Shown: positions 19,409-28,677, numbered from the stretch's first letter. The stretch: DNA of 37,270 bases from an uncultured delta proteobacterium (GCA_963755125.1 CAVWIP010000009.1:1-37270); one strand, 5' to 3'. Notes: a model not told the origin generated them from the sequence alone. Made by a program: numbers and translations.

Positions 19409-20461
19409 ATGCGTAACCGACTGGTGTCTATTCTGATCCCGCTCCCAATCATGCTCGCCGCTGGCATGAGTCTGACGAGCTGCCGGTCAAAGGCCGTGGT
19501 GGTTAACGAAGCGCAGCTCAAGATGTTCAGGGCCTTGCCCGACGCGATAGAGTCGCAGAAGAACCCCACCACCGAAGCGAAGGTGAACCTGGGCCGCATG
19601 CTTTACTACGACGCCAGGTTGTCCAAAAACCATGATGTGTCTTGCAATTCCTGCCACGACTTGGCCAGGTACGGGGTCGACGGACAGCCGGTTTCCGATG
19701 GCCATAGGGGCCGGCTGGGCACCCGCAACGCCCCTACGGTGTACAACGCCGCCGGTCACTTCGTGCAGTTCTGGGATGGCCGCGCCCCGGACGTGGAGGA
19801 ACAGGCCAAAGGGCCGATCTTGAATCCGGTCGAGATGGCGATGCCCTCTGACAAGGCGGTAGTTGCAGTGCTGAAATCCATGCCCGAATATTGCGACGCC
19901 TTTAGGACGGCATTCCCGGCCGACAATGATCCCGTCACTCTTGAGAACATAGGTCGCGCAATCGGAGTCTTCGAGCGCAGGCTGATGACGCCCTCTCGCT
20001 GGGATAGGTTTCTCAACGGAGATCGGTCAAGCCTTAGCGACGCGGAGAAAGCCGGCTTCAACAAGTTCATGGATGTGGGCTGCCAGGCTTGCCATGCGGG
20101 GACCTACTTGGGCGGCGAGGCATATCAGGAACTCGGGGCCGCCAAGCCCTACCCAGACACTTCCGACCCTGGACGCCAGACGCTAACCAAGCAGGCAAGT
20201 GACCGGATGGTCTTCAAAGTTCCATCGCTGCGGAACATTGATAAGACTGGACCCTACTTCCACACAGGACGAGTGTCGCCCCTCGAAGAAGCCGTCAAGC
20301 AAATGGCGGAGTACCAACTCGGCAAGCAACTGGCCGACGGCGAAGTCGCCTCCATTGTGGCCTTCTTGAAGACGCTCACTGGCGCGATTCCGGACGAGTA
20401 CATCAAGTCGCCCAAACTCCCCAAGAGCACCGCGAATACGCCCAAGCCGAGCGATATCTGA
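19409..20461 (+). CDS. Diheme cytochrome c peroxidase (CCP/MauG family)
   Basis: Signal/lipobox; CNSCH and CQACH heme motifs; RNAPTVYNA, QFWDGRA, NPVEM, FKVPSLRNI, PYFHTG. Confidence 0.95.
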   Translation: MRNRLVSILIPLPIMLAAGMSLTSCRSKAVVVNEAQLKMFRALPDAIESQKNPTTEAKVNLGRMLYYDARLSKNHDVSCNSCHDLARYGVDGQPVSDGHRGRLGTRNAPTVYNAAGHFVQFWDGRAPDVEEQAKGPILNPVEMAMPSDKAVVAVLKSMPEYCDAFRTAFPADNDPVTLENIGRAIGVFERRLMTPSRWDRFLNGDRSSLSDAEKAGFNKFMDVGCQACHAGTYLGGEAYQELGAAKPYPDTSDPGRQTLTKQASDRMVFKVPSLRNIDKTGPYFHTGRVSPLEEAVKQMAEYQLGKQLADGEVASIVAFLKTLTGAIPDEYIKSPKLPKSTANTPKPSDI

Positions 20462-20649
20462 TGGCCCCTCGCGGTACATGCGGACCACGCCGATGGAGCG
20501 CTCGCGCAGGATGTAGACGATCTTCGAAAATCTCCACCGCTCCGAGAAATCGATCCGCTTCTCCGACCCACGACCACGCCTTCCGGAGATGCGGGCACAG
20601 GGTGGCGCAGAGCGCTTTCCCTGACCACAATCTACCATGCCAATCTCAG

Positions 20650-20678
20650 TTGCTGTCGGAGGTTATCCCTGCTAACTT
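20650..20678 (+). promoter_or_regulatory. Probable leaderless sigma70-type promoter of the second ATPase
   Basis: TTGCTG-N17-TAACTT, 6 nt before GTG 20685. Confidence 0.55.
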
Positions 20679-20684
20679 CTATTA

Positions 20685-21977
20685 GTGGCAAGGATTCCAG
20701 ACGCGGCGCTTCAGGTTCTGCTGGCGGACAACCCCTGGCTGGCGGGCAGATCCAGCCCGACGCCAACCCGCTTCGTGCCCGCCGGATATGTTACTCGCCG
20801 CACGCGACTGACCGCTGACCAGCGCGTGTGCTTGGTCGTTGGCCCTCGGCAGGCGGGCAAGTCCACTCTCATCTGGAAGACCCTGCTCGACCGGGGCCCG
20901 CCCTTCCTGTACGTCAACTGCGACGAGCTTGCTCTGCGCGATGCCCTCACGTCGCCGGCCGTGTTCGCCCGCGCGCTGGACGATCTCGTGCCCGCGGGCG
21001 CGGCGGTGTTCTTCGAGGAGGTGCAACGTCTGTCGGAAGCGGGCCTATTCCTCAAGGGGCTTGTCGATCGGCACACCGGACGGCCGATCTTTGCCACCGG
21101 CAGCTCGTCGTTCGATCTGGAAGCGCACACGCGCGAGTCGCTGGCGGGCCGGGCGCAGCGCCACCTCCTGCTCCCGTTCTCGCTGGCCGAACTGGCCCCG
21201 TCGCTCGCCGGCCCACCGGCTGTGCGCGAGAACTCTCTCGACGAACTGACCGAAAGGCTGGTGCGTTACGGCGGCTACCCCACGGTGTTCACTTCGGACA
21301 CGCCGGAGAGCGCGCTGACCGGGCTGGTCGAATCCTTCGTGATCCGCGACGCCTCGGACAGGTTCCAGGTGCGCAACCCGGCCGCCTTCCGCAAGGTGCT
21401 GGAACTGGCGGCGTCCCAGATCGGCAACCTGTGCAACTACTCGGAATGGGCTGCGGTGGCGGGCGTGTCCGTGGAAACCGCGCGCGAATACACCAGCCTG
21501 CTCGCCGACACGCACATTCTTCGCCTGGTCAAGCCGTTCGTGGGCGGCAAGCGGGCCGAGATCACGAGCGCGCCCAAGGTGTTCTTCCTGGACAATGGCG
21601 TGCGCAACCGGCTGTTCGGTGGGTTCGCCGTGCCCGCATTGCGGGCGGATCACGGCGCCCTGGCCGAAAACTTCGTCTTTGGCGAAATCTGCAAGTCACT
21701 CGGCCCGGTGCTGGACGACATTCGCTACTGGCGCAGCAAGTCCGGCGCCGAGGTCGACCTGGTCATCGAACGGCAGGGCCGCATCGACGCCGTCGAGGTC
21801 AAGGCCGGCGACAGCCGGGGACGACTCGACCGCTCTGCGATGAGCTTCATCGACGCCTACGCGCCCCGGCGCTTTTTCGTCGTGAACTCCCGCGAACACC
21901 CCGACACCAAGGTGGGCAAGACGCGCGTTCGCTTCGTCAAGCCCCACCAGATCGCGCAGGTCATCGAGGAAAATTGA
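20685..21977 (+). CDS. AAA_14 + DUF4143 ATP-binding protein (second, divergent)
   Basis: GPRQAGKST, FFEEVQ, TGSSS, ESLAGR, YGGYP, PKVFFLDNGVRN, GALAENFV, EVDLV, VEVK. Confidence 0.92.
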   Translation: MARIPDAALQVLLADNPWLAGRSSPTPTRFVPAGYVTRRTRLTADQRVCLVVGPRQAGKSTLIWKTLLDRGPPFLYVNCDELALRDALTSPAVFARALDDLVPAGAAVFFEEVQRLSEAGLFLKGLVDRHTGRPIFATGSSSFDLEAHTRESLAGRAQRHLLLPFSLAELAPSLAGPPAVRENSLDELTERLVRYGGYPTVFTSDTPESALTGLVESFVIRDASDRFQVRNPAAFRKVLELAASQIGNLCNYSEWAAVAGVSVETAREYTSLLADTHILRLVKPFVGGKRAEITSAPKVFFLDNGVRNRLFGGFAVPALRADHGALAENFVFGEICKSLGPVLDDIRYWRSKSGAEVDLVIERQGRIDAVEVKAGDSRGRLDRSAMSFIDAYAPRRFFVVNSREHPDTKVGKTRVRFVKPHQIAQVIEEN

Positions 21978-22009
21978 CGGCGCCTGGCGCGAGCCGAGCG
22001 ACGGCGTGC

Positions 22010-22537
22010 CTACCCTACCGTCGGCGCAGCCAGAAGCTCGCTTAGAGTAGCGTCGATGTGCGCTCGCAATGCTGCCATTGCCACCGCCTGGGGGCCACAC
22101 ACGCGCAAAAGATCAGCCGCCCTCTGGCGAACCAGGGCCGCATCAAGTTCGAGAGCGTATGCGTTGCGGAAGAAGTGGCGGAACTTCCTCAACTCGTGCA
22201 ACTCGGGGGTGAAGCCCTCAGGGACGATCGCTGGCCGCACGCCGGGCACCTCAAGCTGCATCTGAGCCAGCAAGTCGAGGTGCCACGAACCGCCGTCCGG
22301 CACCGTCTGGTCCAGCAGCCGCGCCACCCGCTCCAGTGCCGTCTCAAGGGCCGTGTACCAGCCATGCAGGTTGACCGCGATCAAGACCAGTTCGGGCCGG
22401 CCCAGACTGCCAGCCTGGTCCCAGCGACCGACCAGTTCCGCGACTTCGGACTCGCGGGCATCCATGGCCGCTCGGTCCCCGGTCAGGTCGGTCTTCAGGC
22501 GCGTCAGCCGGACAACGGTTTCCGTCTCAGCCACCAT
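22010..22537 (-). CDS. HepT-like HEPN ribonuclease toxin
   Basis: LHGWYTALE, P.GGSWH.DLL.QM, RPAI, ELRKFRHFFRNAY; overlaps the upstream MNT gene. Confidence 0.88.
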   Translation of the reverse strand: MVAETETVVRLTRLKTDLTGDRAAMDARESEVAELVGRWDQAGSLGRPELVLIAVNLHGWYTALETALERVARLLDQTVPDGGSWHLDLLAQMQLEVPGVRPAIVPEGFTPELHELRKFRHFFRNAYALELDAALVRQRAADLLRVCGPQAVAMAALRAHIDATLSELLAAPTVG

Positions 22538-22889
22538 GGATCGCCAGCCCCTCGCGCTCGACCCGTTCGCGAAATGACTGTGGCAGATCTTGCAGCATCA
22601 GCAGGTCCACCTCGACCCCGACGGCCTTGCAGACCGCAATCTCGATGGCCGTGGCCCGCGAACCGTCCACATCCGCAAGAACCAGATCAATATCGCTGTG
22701 CGCGCCAAATCCTCCCCAGGCCAGCGTTCCGATCAGCCATGCACAGCCGCCCGGCGGAAGCAGCCCGCGCACCACTGCCACGACCCGCGCGCGCGCCTCC
22801 GCAGCCTGGAACTCTGCCCGCTTGTGTGCCTCGGCGCTGCGCTGTCGCAGGGTCACGGCGGCCTCTCGTGCGGTAACGGGCATAGACAT
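22527..22889 (-). CDS. Minimal nucleotidyltransferase (MntA-like antitoxin)
   Basis: LIGTLAWG.F..HSDIDL, VDLL, ERVEREG; 120 aa, coupled to the HEPN gene. Confidence 0.85.
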   Translation of the reverse strand: MSMPVTAREAAVTLRQRSAEAHKRAEFQAAEARARVVAVVRGLLPPGGCAWLIGTLAWGGFGAHSDIDLVLADVDGSRATAIEIAVCKAVGVEVDLLMLQDLPQSFRERVEREGLAIHGG

Positions 22890-23070
22890 GAGCGTGACAC
22901 GAAACGCCCGTGACGACTAGATAGGCGTGGATGGCACCCCCGACTGACATCGATTCACGGGACGGCCGATGCCCCGGGATGCGGCGCCTGATCCTTCCCG
23001 CCACCCACGCCGACACGTCTTCGGCCACGCGACCGCGACGGCGGCGCCAACCTGGGCGATAATCGACGCG

Positions 23071-24711
23071 ATGGCAGGGCGCCTTTATCCCACGGACGGA
23101 CCGCGCAGCCGGATCAGCGAGGCCGAGTGCGCCGTGTACCGGGCGCTGGCCGCAGGCGGCCTGCCCGATGGATGGACCGCCTGGCACTCGCTGCGCCTGC
23201 GTGTGGGCAACGGCTGGGAGGGCGAAGGCGATTTCGTCATCGCCAATCCCAAGCGCGGCCTGCTGGTGCTGGAGGTGAAGGGCGGCCGGCTCGAGTTGCA
23301 GGGCGGGCGCTGGCTGCAAAACGCGCGAGAGATGGACCGGCCGCCGCGTGCGCAGGCCATCGCGTTCGCCAAGCACCTGGGCGATGCCATGCGCAGCCGC
23401 AGTTTCCAGGTGCCGGGCTACGGCGCCGCCTGCGTGTTTCCCGACGTGGATTTCGATGCCGGGCCGAACTGCGGCGACGTCACCGACCTGGTCATCGGAC
23501 ACCGCGATCTACCGCACCTGGCGACCATCTTGCCCGACCTGCTCGACCGTGCGGCGCCCGACTTCGCGCTGCCGGCAGGCGACTGGACTCGCTGCCTGAC
23601 CGAGCTGTGGGGCGAAACCTGGGTGCCCGCCATCAGCCTGCGCGCCCGCGCGGACGATGCAGCGGAACGGACCCTAGCTCTCGACCGCGATCAGCTTCGC
23701 GTGCTCGACTACGCGGGCGAGAACACGCGGGCCGTGGTGGTGGGCGGCGCGGGCAGCGGCAAGACAGTCGTGGCGCGGGAGCTGGCCGTACGGCGGGCGC
23801 GCCAGGGCCAGCGCGCGCTGTATGCGTGCTTCACGGACGCGCTCGGACGCCACGTGGACGCGGCGCTGTCGGCCGAGCGCGCGGCCGGCGCCAAAGTGCA
23901 GGCGGTTTCGATCCAGCGTTATGCCCACGACCTGTTGCGGACCGCGGGCCAGCCCTGCAATCCCGAGGAGAAAGGATTCTGGTCCGAGGTTTCGCTACGG
24001 GCGGCGTGCGATGCCCTGCCCCCGCGCACCGAGCGTCCCGACGTGCTGGTGGTGGACGAGGCACAGGACTTCGCCGCTGGCGACTGGGATCTGGTACAGG
24101 CGCTGTCCGACGGCCACGGGCTGTGGGTGATGCTGGACGAAAACCAGCGATTCTGGGCCGAGCGCAACCTACCGGCCGCGCTGGTCGCCGGAGTCCCTCG
24201 CCTGATACTGCCGGGCCAGCACCGCAACCCGCCCGCCGTGGAGAAGTTCGCGGCGCTGTACACGAAAGACGGCGCGCAGAGCGCGGCACCGGCCGATCTG
24301 GCCGTGCTGCGCGTAGTGGCTGTGCCAGCCCCGAGGGTCCTCGACCGCGTCCGGCACGAAATCGAGACGCTGCAAAGAGGAGGTGCGCAGCCCGGCGACA
24401 TCGCCGTGCTGTCACTGGCGGGTCAGACGCGCAGCCACCTGCTGGAAACGCCGACCCTGGGCAGCTTCCGCCTGGCCCGCGCCGATGCGGCCGACGCCAG
24501 CGAGCACGTGGTGGCTGACACCTTCCTGCGCTTCAAGGGTCTGGAACGTCCCTTCGTGATCGTGACCGAACTGGTACACGGCGAAGGGATGAAGTACCAC
24601 GTGCGCATGCACATCGCGCTCACCCGCGCGACCTCTGGTGTGATCGTTGTGTGCGATGAGGACGCCGTGGGACGCGACCCCCGATTGGCTGCGGTTGCGG
24701 GAAAGAAGTGA
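23071..24711 (+). CDS. NERD nuclease domain fused to an SF1 helicase
   Basis: AE..VY..L, EGDFVI, VLEVKGG, GGAGSGKT, VVDEAQD, RNP, FKGLE, HIALTRA; GATAAT 7 nt before ATG 23071 supports this start. Confidence 0.9.
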   Translation: MAGRLYPTDGPRSRISEAECAVYRALAAGGLPDGWTAWHSLRLRVGNGWEGEGDFVIANPKRGLLVLEVKGGRLELQGGRWLQNAREMDRPPRAQAIAFAKHLGDAMRSRSFQVPGYGAACVFPDVDFDAGPNCGDVTDLVIGHRDLPHLATILPDLLDRAAPDFALPAGDWTRCLTELWGETWVPAISLRARADDAAERTLALDRDQLRVLDYAGENTRAVVVGGAGSGKTVVARELAVRRARQGQRALYACFTDALGRHVDAALSAERAAGAKVQAVSIQRYAHDLLRTAGQPCNPEEKGFWSEVSLRAACDALPPRTERPDVLVVDEAQDFAAGDWDLVQALSDGHGLWVMLDENQRFWAERNLPAALVAGVPRLILPGQHRNPPAVEKFAALYTKDGAQSAAPADLAVLRVVAVPAPRVLDRVRHEIETLQRGGAQPGDIAVLSLAGQTRSHLLETPTLGSFRLARADAADASEHVVADTFLRFKGLERPFVIVTELVHGEGMKYHVRMHIALTRATSGVIVVCDEDAVGRDPRLAAVAGKK

Positions 24712-25144
24712 GCCGCAGAGTCCGTGTCCGTGCCCCGTGTGCCGTTGATCTTTTCGGTACAGCGGGGCATACTACTTTCGCTGTTATGGTGCGCACATTG
24801 GTATCGCCGCGGCCGACAAACACCCAACTGGGGCGTTGGGGACAGATTAGGCACAGGAAAAAGCCAATGATTCCAACACAGAAGGTGATCATATATCCAT
24901 CTCAGTGAAATCGTTTAGGTTTTGTTGTGCCTAAATTCCCTCCCTTTTATGAGGAATCTGACGCATAGGTGGGGGCGTGCGAAGTGAGTGAACTCGGGTA
25001 GTTGCCGCGTCTTTGTGCGTTGCTCATTCCTCTTTATTTCCCTGTTTCAGGGTTCCCGGTTCGCTGGTTGAGGCTGGTTTCTTCATGGGTGGACCGGAAT
25101 GGAGTCTCTGCACTCGGCAATGAACGGCTCTCGCCCAGTCAGCC

Positions 25145-25295
25145 CGACACACCCGACACACCCGACACACCCAACACGCTGCCCTGGCTCACAATCCGGA
25201 CGTCGACGCCGGATCAGGCGGCGAATTCCTTGTTTCCTGCGAAGACACCGGCTGTGGCAGTCGTACCGGCGGTAGCGGCTCTCAGGGGTTGGTCG
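25145..25295. repeat. DUF3631 3' tail with iteron-like 9-bp tandem repeats (putative replication origin)
   Basis: CGACACACC x3 plus oppositely oriented TGTGGC/GTAGCGG motifs, directly after the DUF3631 ORF. Confidence 0.7.
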
Positions 25296-26901
25296 GCGCT
25301 GCGGGCGGCTCGGCCTGTTGCGGCGGCACGTAGCGAGCGAATGTCTCCCGGAGGTCGCTCAGTAGGTAGCCACGCTGCCACTTCCGCTTCCTGCCCTCGC
25401 GGTACGCCCACTGCTGTGGCCTGATCCGGAACGTACTGAGTATCCGAGCCAAGTCTATCGCCCGGAGAGGACGTCCGCGGGCATAGTCCACCCAGGGACG
25501 ATCCGGCATCGCCACAAGGCTCCGGACAATTTCTTGGCTATCGAGGCGGTCGGTGCGCCGGCTCCGATAGAGTCCGTCCATGTCTTGCAGCAGGAGCGTT
25601 TCTACTTCCTCGTCCAACATTTCGTCAGCCCGACAGAGTGCAATTGCTGCCTCCCGCGCACGGCAAGGCAGATCACCGCCAATTGCGTCGGCGATGGCCA
25701 GCAGAGATCTCCAGTTGTCCCTTGCCCGGTCATTCGTGATCTCATCGGGAATCGCGGGATCGGCCTCCCCAAGCTGTTCCCCGTGGTCTTGCGCCCACCG
25801 AGCAGCCCTTAACCCAAGGTGGCTGAACTCATCAAGGCGATCAAGACGGAGACGCTCGACCCTCTCGTTTGCGACGCGCCTCTCCATCCGTATAATAACC
25901 GAGCGGTCCTCCACGGTCCTCGGGACCCTCCCAATCAGCGCAATGACCTTCGGAGCCCACGTGCTGTAGCTGCCACGCACGCGCGTCACGTTTGCCAAAG
26001 ACTTGACATGTCCAGAATTGAGGACCCCACGAAGCGCCTCATTTCCGTTCAGGAAAGTGTCAGCCTCGTCAACGATAATTGTGCGCTTCCCCGCCGCGAT
26101 GGCCTCAAAGAGCGCCGGCGCAGTTATATTGCTCGTAAAAAGCGGTCTTGGAACAATAGTCGACAGCATCATCAGTGCCGTCGTCTTTCCCGCCCGCAAC
26201 ACGGGAGTGGAAATCACCAGGAGCGGAAAGACATTGAAGCTGTCGTGCGCATGCGCCGCGAGCACCCAAAGCGCGATGGCGAGGAAGGCCTGCGCGTCCG
26301 GCAGCACCACGTGTTTCCTGAACACCGCCTCGATCTCCGCCGCGAGTTCGCGACCATCGACCGCTTCCGGCCAGGGCATCGCCTCCTCAATTTCCCCGAC
26401 TATTGGACAGCTCCCCGAACATCCGCACGACACATTGTCCATCGCCATCGTCGCCTCTTCCATGCCAGCGTCAGCCAGCGCTGCGGCCGAGGACACACCA
26501 ACCGCGCGCAGCAGACGGATAGCCTCACTCCTGTGCGTGACCTGCTCGACCGGCAGCAGTTGCACCACGTTGGCCGCCCACTCGCGCACGGCCGCAGTGA
26601 CCTCGTCGGCCGTGCTGATGTCCGTCAATCGTCCCAAAGACGAAATGCCTCCAGCTGCGCACTTGCCTCCCGCAATGCTGCTCAAGACTGGACCATCCTC
26701 ATGTGCCTCCGAGGCCTCTTCCGAGAGACCAACACTCCCCGACTGCTCCTCGGACTCGTTGTCGATAGCGCCTTCGCCGTCCTGCTGAGGTGGTCGGCTA
26801 GCCTCACTCACGTCCTGCGCGCTCTCACCGGCAACCACTGCCAGAAGAGGCCGTTTCTCACCGCTGTGCTGGTCGTCGCTTTTCATCATGTTTTTTCCCA
26901 T
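25282..26901 (-). CDS. DUF3631 domain protein (phage/satellite replication-associated ATPase), possibly frameshifted at the extreme C-terminus
   Basis: PWPEAVDG, IALWV..AH, P.L.I..P....GKTT, SNITAPALF, VDEADTFL, LNSGH, DRARDNW..LLAIAD.IGG, L..F.IRP, RGY....FARY. Confidence 0.9.
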   Translation of the reverse strand: MGKNMMKSDDQHSGEKRPLLAVVAGESAQDVSEASRPPQQDGEGAIDNESEEQSGSVGLSEEASEAHEDGPVLSSIAGGKCAAGGISSLGRLTDISTADEVTAAVREWAANVVQLLPVEQVTHRSEAIRLLRAVGVSSAAALADAGMEEATMAMDNVSCGCSGSCPIVGEIEEAMPWPEAVDGRELAAEIEAVFRKHVVLPDAQAFLAIALWVLAAHAHDSFNVFPLLVISTPVLRAGKTTALMMLSTIVPRPLFTSNITAPALFEAIAAGKRTIIVDEADTFLNGNEALRGVLNSGHVKSLANVTRVRGSYSTWAPKVIALIGRVPRTVEDRSVIIRMERRVANERVERLRLDRLDEFSHLGLRAARWAQDHGEQLGEADPAIPDEITNDRARDNWRSLLAIADAIGGDLPCRAREAAIALCRADEMLDEEVETLLLQDMDGLYRSRRTDRLDSQEIVRSLVAMPDRPWVDYARGRPLRAIDLARILSTFRIRPQQWAYREGRKRKWQRGYLLSDLRETFARYVPPQQAEPPAAPTNP

Positions 26902-27266
26902 GGAACTCCTCGAACCACTTGGGTCTTGCTGTTACCCTGCGCGCCTGGGCTCGTTCGCCGCGTTCGGCGTACACATAGATCGTAGGACAATCCACGTGAG
27001 AATGTCGCGGAAATCAGAATCTCGTAAAATCGGAGAAACTGCCCCGTTTTCGTCGAGAAATTCAATAATCGCGTTCACAATTCATGAACAGTGAACGCCA
27101 AAGTCACCCCCGAACGCCCCTCCAATGTTGCAATAATGAGACACCACTATTCCTTGTTCACGGACAGTGAATGGACAGGGGTGGTGGGCAAAGGGCGAGC
27201 CCACACTGCGGCCCAGGTCCAGCCCCAGACAGGAAGTCGCTCGTCGCCACCTCCGCCGGCTGGGTT

Positions 27267-27386
27267 GGACATCACGTGCTCGACGCCGACATTCGCGACT
27301 ACTTCGGGAGCATCGAACACGACAAGCTGATGAAGCTTGGCGGCCGGCGCGTCTCGGACCGGATGGTGTTCAAGCTGCTGCGGCAG
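27267..27386 (+). pseudogene. Internal fragment of a group II intron reverse transcriptase
   Basis: HVLDADIRDYFGSIEHDKLMKL..RRVSDRMVFKLLRQ corresponds to the RT3 region. Confidence 0.88.
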
Positions 27387-27388
27387 GG

Positions 27389-27463
27389 CAGGACGGGTTC
27401 GCTCTGTACCTGCAAGGGTTCGTGGTAACTGACGACGGCAAGTGGACCGTGGTGCAACAGGGG
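27389..27463 (+). pseudogene. Fragment of a DUF763-family gene
   Basis: QDGFALYLQGFVVTDDGKWTVVQQG resembles the DUF763 motif QDG..LY.H.F..T..G.W.VVQQG. Confidence 0.75.
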
Positions 27464-27646
27464 AACCGCCCGCTCGGGTATGACCCTTTCCCCATGTCTT
27501 GAGGCTACCCGGGTCGTGTTTGACCTGGGGTCCATCAATACCCTGTGCCGTGGGGCTGGCGCTGCACCCGTCCATGAACGGCTTACGTTTATTAGCCAAC
27601 ATCGTGCGAATCCAGCTCTGTCGATCGCGGTCACCAAGCACACGCC

Positions 27647-27943
27647 CAGGGGCCGCTCAGGCGACGTCACGATCCAGGGTGCGTGGCCCTCGAACCAGGG
27701 CGGAGTGCCTATCTCCACAACGCACGCAGGTGCCCCGCCATGTCTACTCGGCTAGTGACAGCGGCATCGGGCATTTCCTGCAAACGCTGTGTAGGCGCGA
27801 ACTGGTCGAAGTGGCCAAGCACGCTCTCAGGAAGAAACCGGCTGCGTGGAGTATAGACATGGCGATCGCCGTGGCGGCTTTGCTGGCGGATGAAGAAGCG
27901 CAGCGGGTGGATCATGCACAGAGTGTTCTTGGCGCGGGTCATG
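27647..27943 (-). pseudogene. 297-bp direct repeat, copy 2: orphan 3' end of the UvrD-like helicase
   Basis: 77-aa C-terminus identical to the intact gene except Y>H; about 10 nt differences in the coding part, nearly all synonymous. Confidence 0.97.
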
Positions 27944-27944
27944 T

Positions 27945-28063
27945 CGACGCTTCGCCGACGCCCTCACGGACGCCTGCGCATGACTCGGGGTCATCGTGGG
28001 TCGCTACTCCTTCGATGTAAGGCTCTTTCATCCTCTTCTCTCTGCCAGTTTTGACCGGCGCAC
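27945..28063 (-). mobile_element. 5' end fragment of a group II intron ribozyme (domain I start)
   Basis: The minus strand starts GTGCGCCGGTCAAAAC and continues ATGAAAGAGCCTTACATCGAAGGAGTAGCGACCCACGATGACCCCGAGTCATGC...GAAGCGTCGAC, typical of bacterial group II intron 5' regions. Confidence 0.75.
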
Positions 28064-28269
28064 TAGCCACCACGGCGGACGGCAGCACGTCCGGAGCGAC
28101 ACTTCCTGGATTCCTTCATCACCGTGCGCCTGGCCGTCACGCGCGTCCTGGCCACATGGTTACCCCGATGCCCCCTGTGTCACAGACCGCGATCAATGGG
28201 ACCGCCTGGTGCACATGCCCATGAACACCGACAAACGACTCCCTTTTTGAATCAGTAGTGGTAAGTAGC

Positions 28270-28641
28270 TCAGCCCGGATCGCGCACGAAGTGGGGCAGG
28301 GTTTCGGGCAGCACGAGGCTCAGTTCCACTACACCGGAAAAGACGCCGTCCTTGTGCCAAGGGATTTGGTGGATGAGTTTGCGGATGCCGGCTTTCTCGA
28401 TCGTGTAGCTGTTCGGCGCCGGCGAAGTCAGCTGGGTGGCAAAATGCGAGCGCGCGGGTTCCGGATGGCAGTCGAGTAGATTCTTGCCAATCAGCGTGCG
28501 CCCGCCATCCTTGGCGAAGACCCGGGCGGCCCGCTCGTTTAGGTACAGGCAGACGCCCTGACAATCGCAAACCGTGGCCGCGACATCGATGCCGTCGAGC
28601 CAGGCGAAGGTTGCGATAACGTCAGAGGATGGTGAAAGCAT
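28270..28641 (-). CDS. Small standalone PAS-domain protein
   Basis: ATVCD..G..LYLNE.A...F...GG..LIGKNLLDCHPEPAR, NSYTIEK.G.RKLIHQ.PW. Confidence 0.85.
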   Translation of the reverse strand: MLSPSSDVIATFAWLDGIDVAATVCDCQGVCLYLNERAARVFAKDGGRTLIGKNLLDCHPEPARSHFATQLTSPAPNSYTIEKAGIRKLIHQIPWHKDGVFSGVVELSLVLPETLPHFVRDPG

Positions 28642-28677
28642 TCAGGGGTTCTACAGCTTTTCTGGTCGGAAAAACAC

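Noticed and set aside
27267..27943. Diversity-generating retroelement (RT plus template and variable repeats)
   Set aside because: The RT is a 40-aa intron-type fragment, and the repeat differences are mostly synonymous and not adenine-specific
28064..28250. HGHVHQ...NPGSV metallophosphoesterase-like remnant on the minus strand
   Set aside because: Interrupted by stops and too short to support
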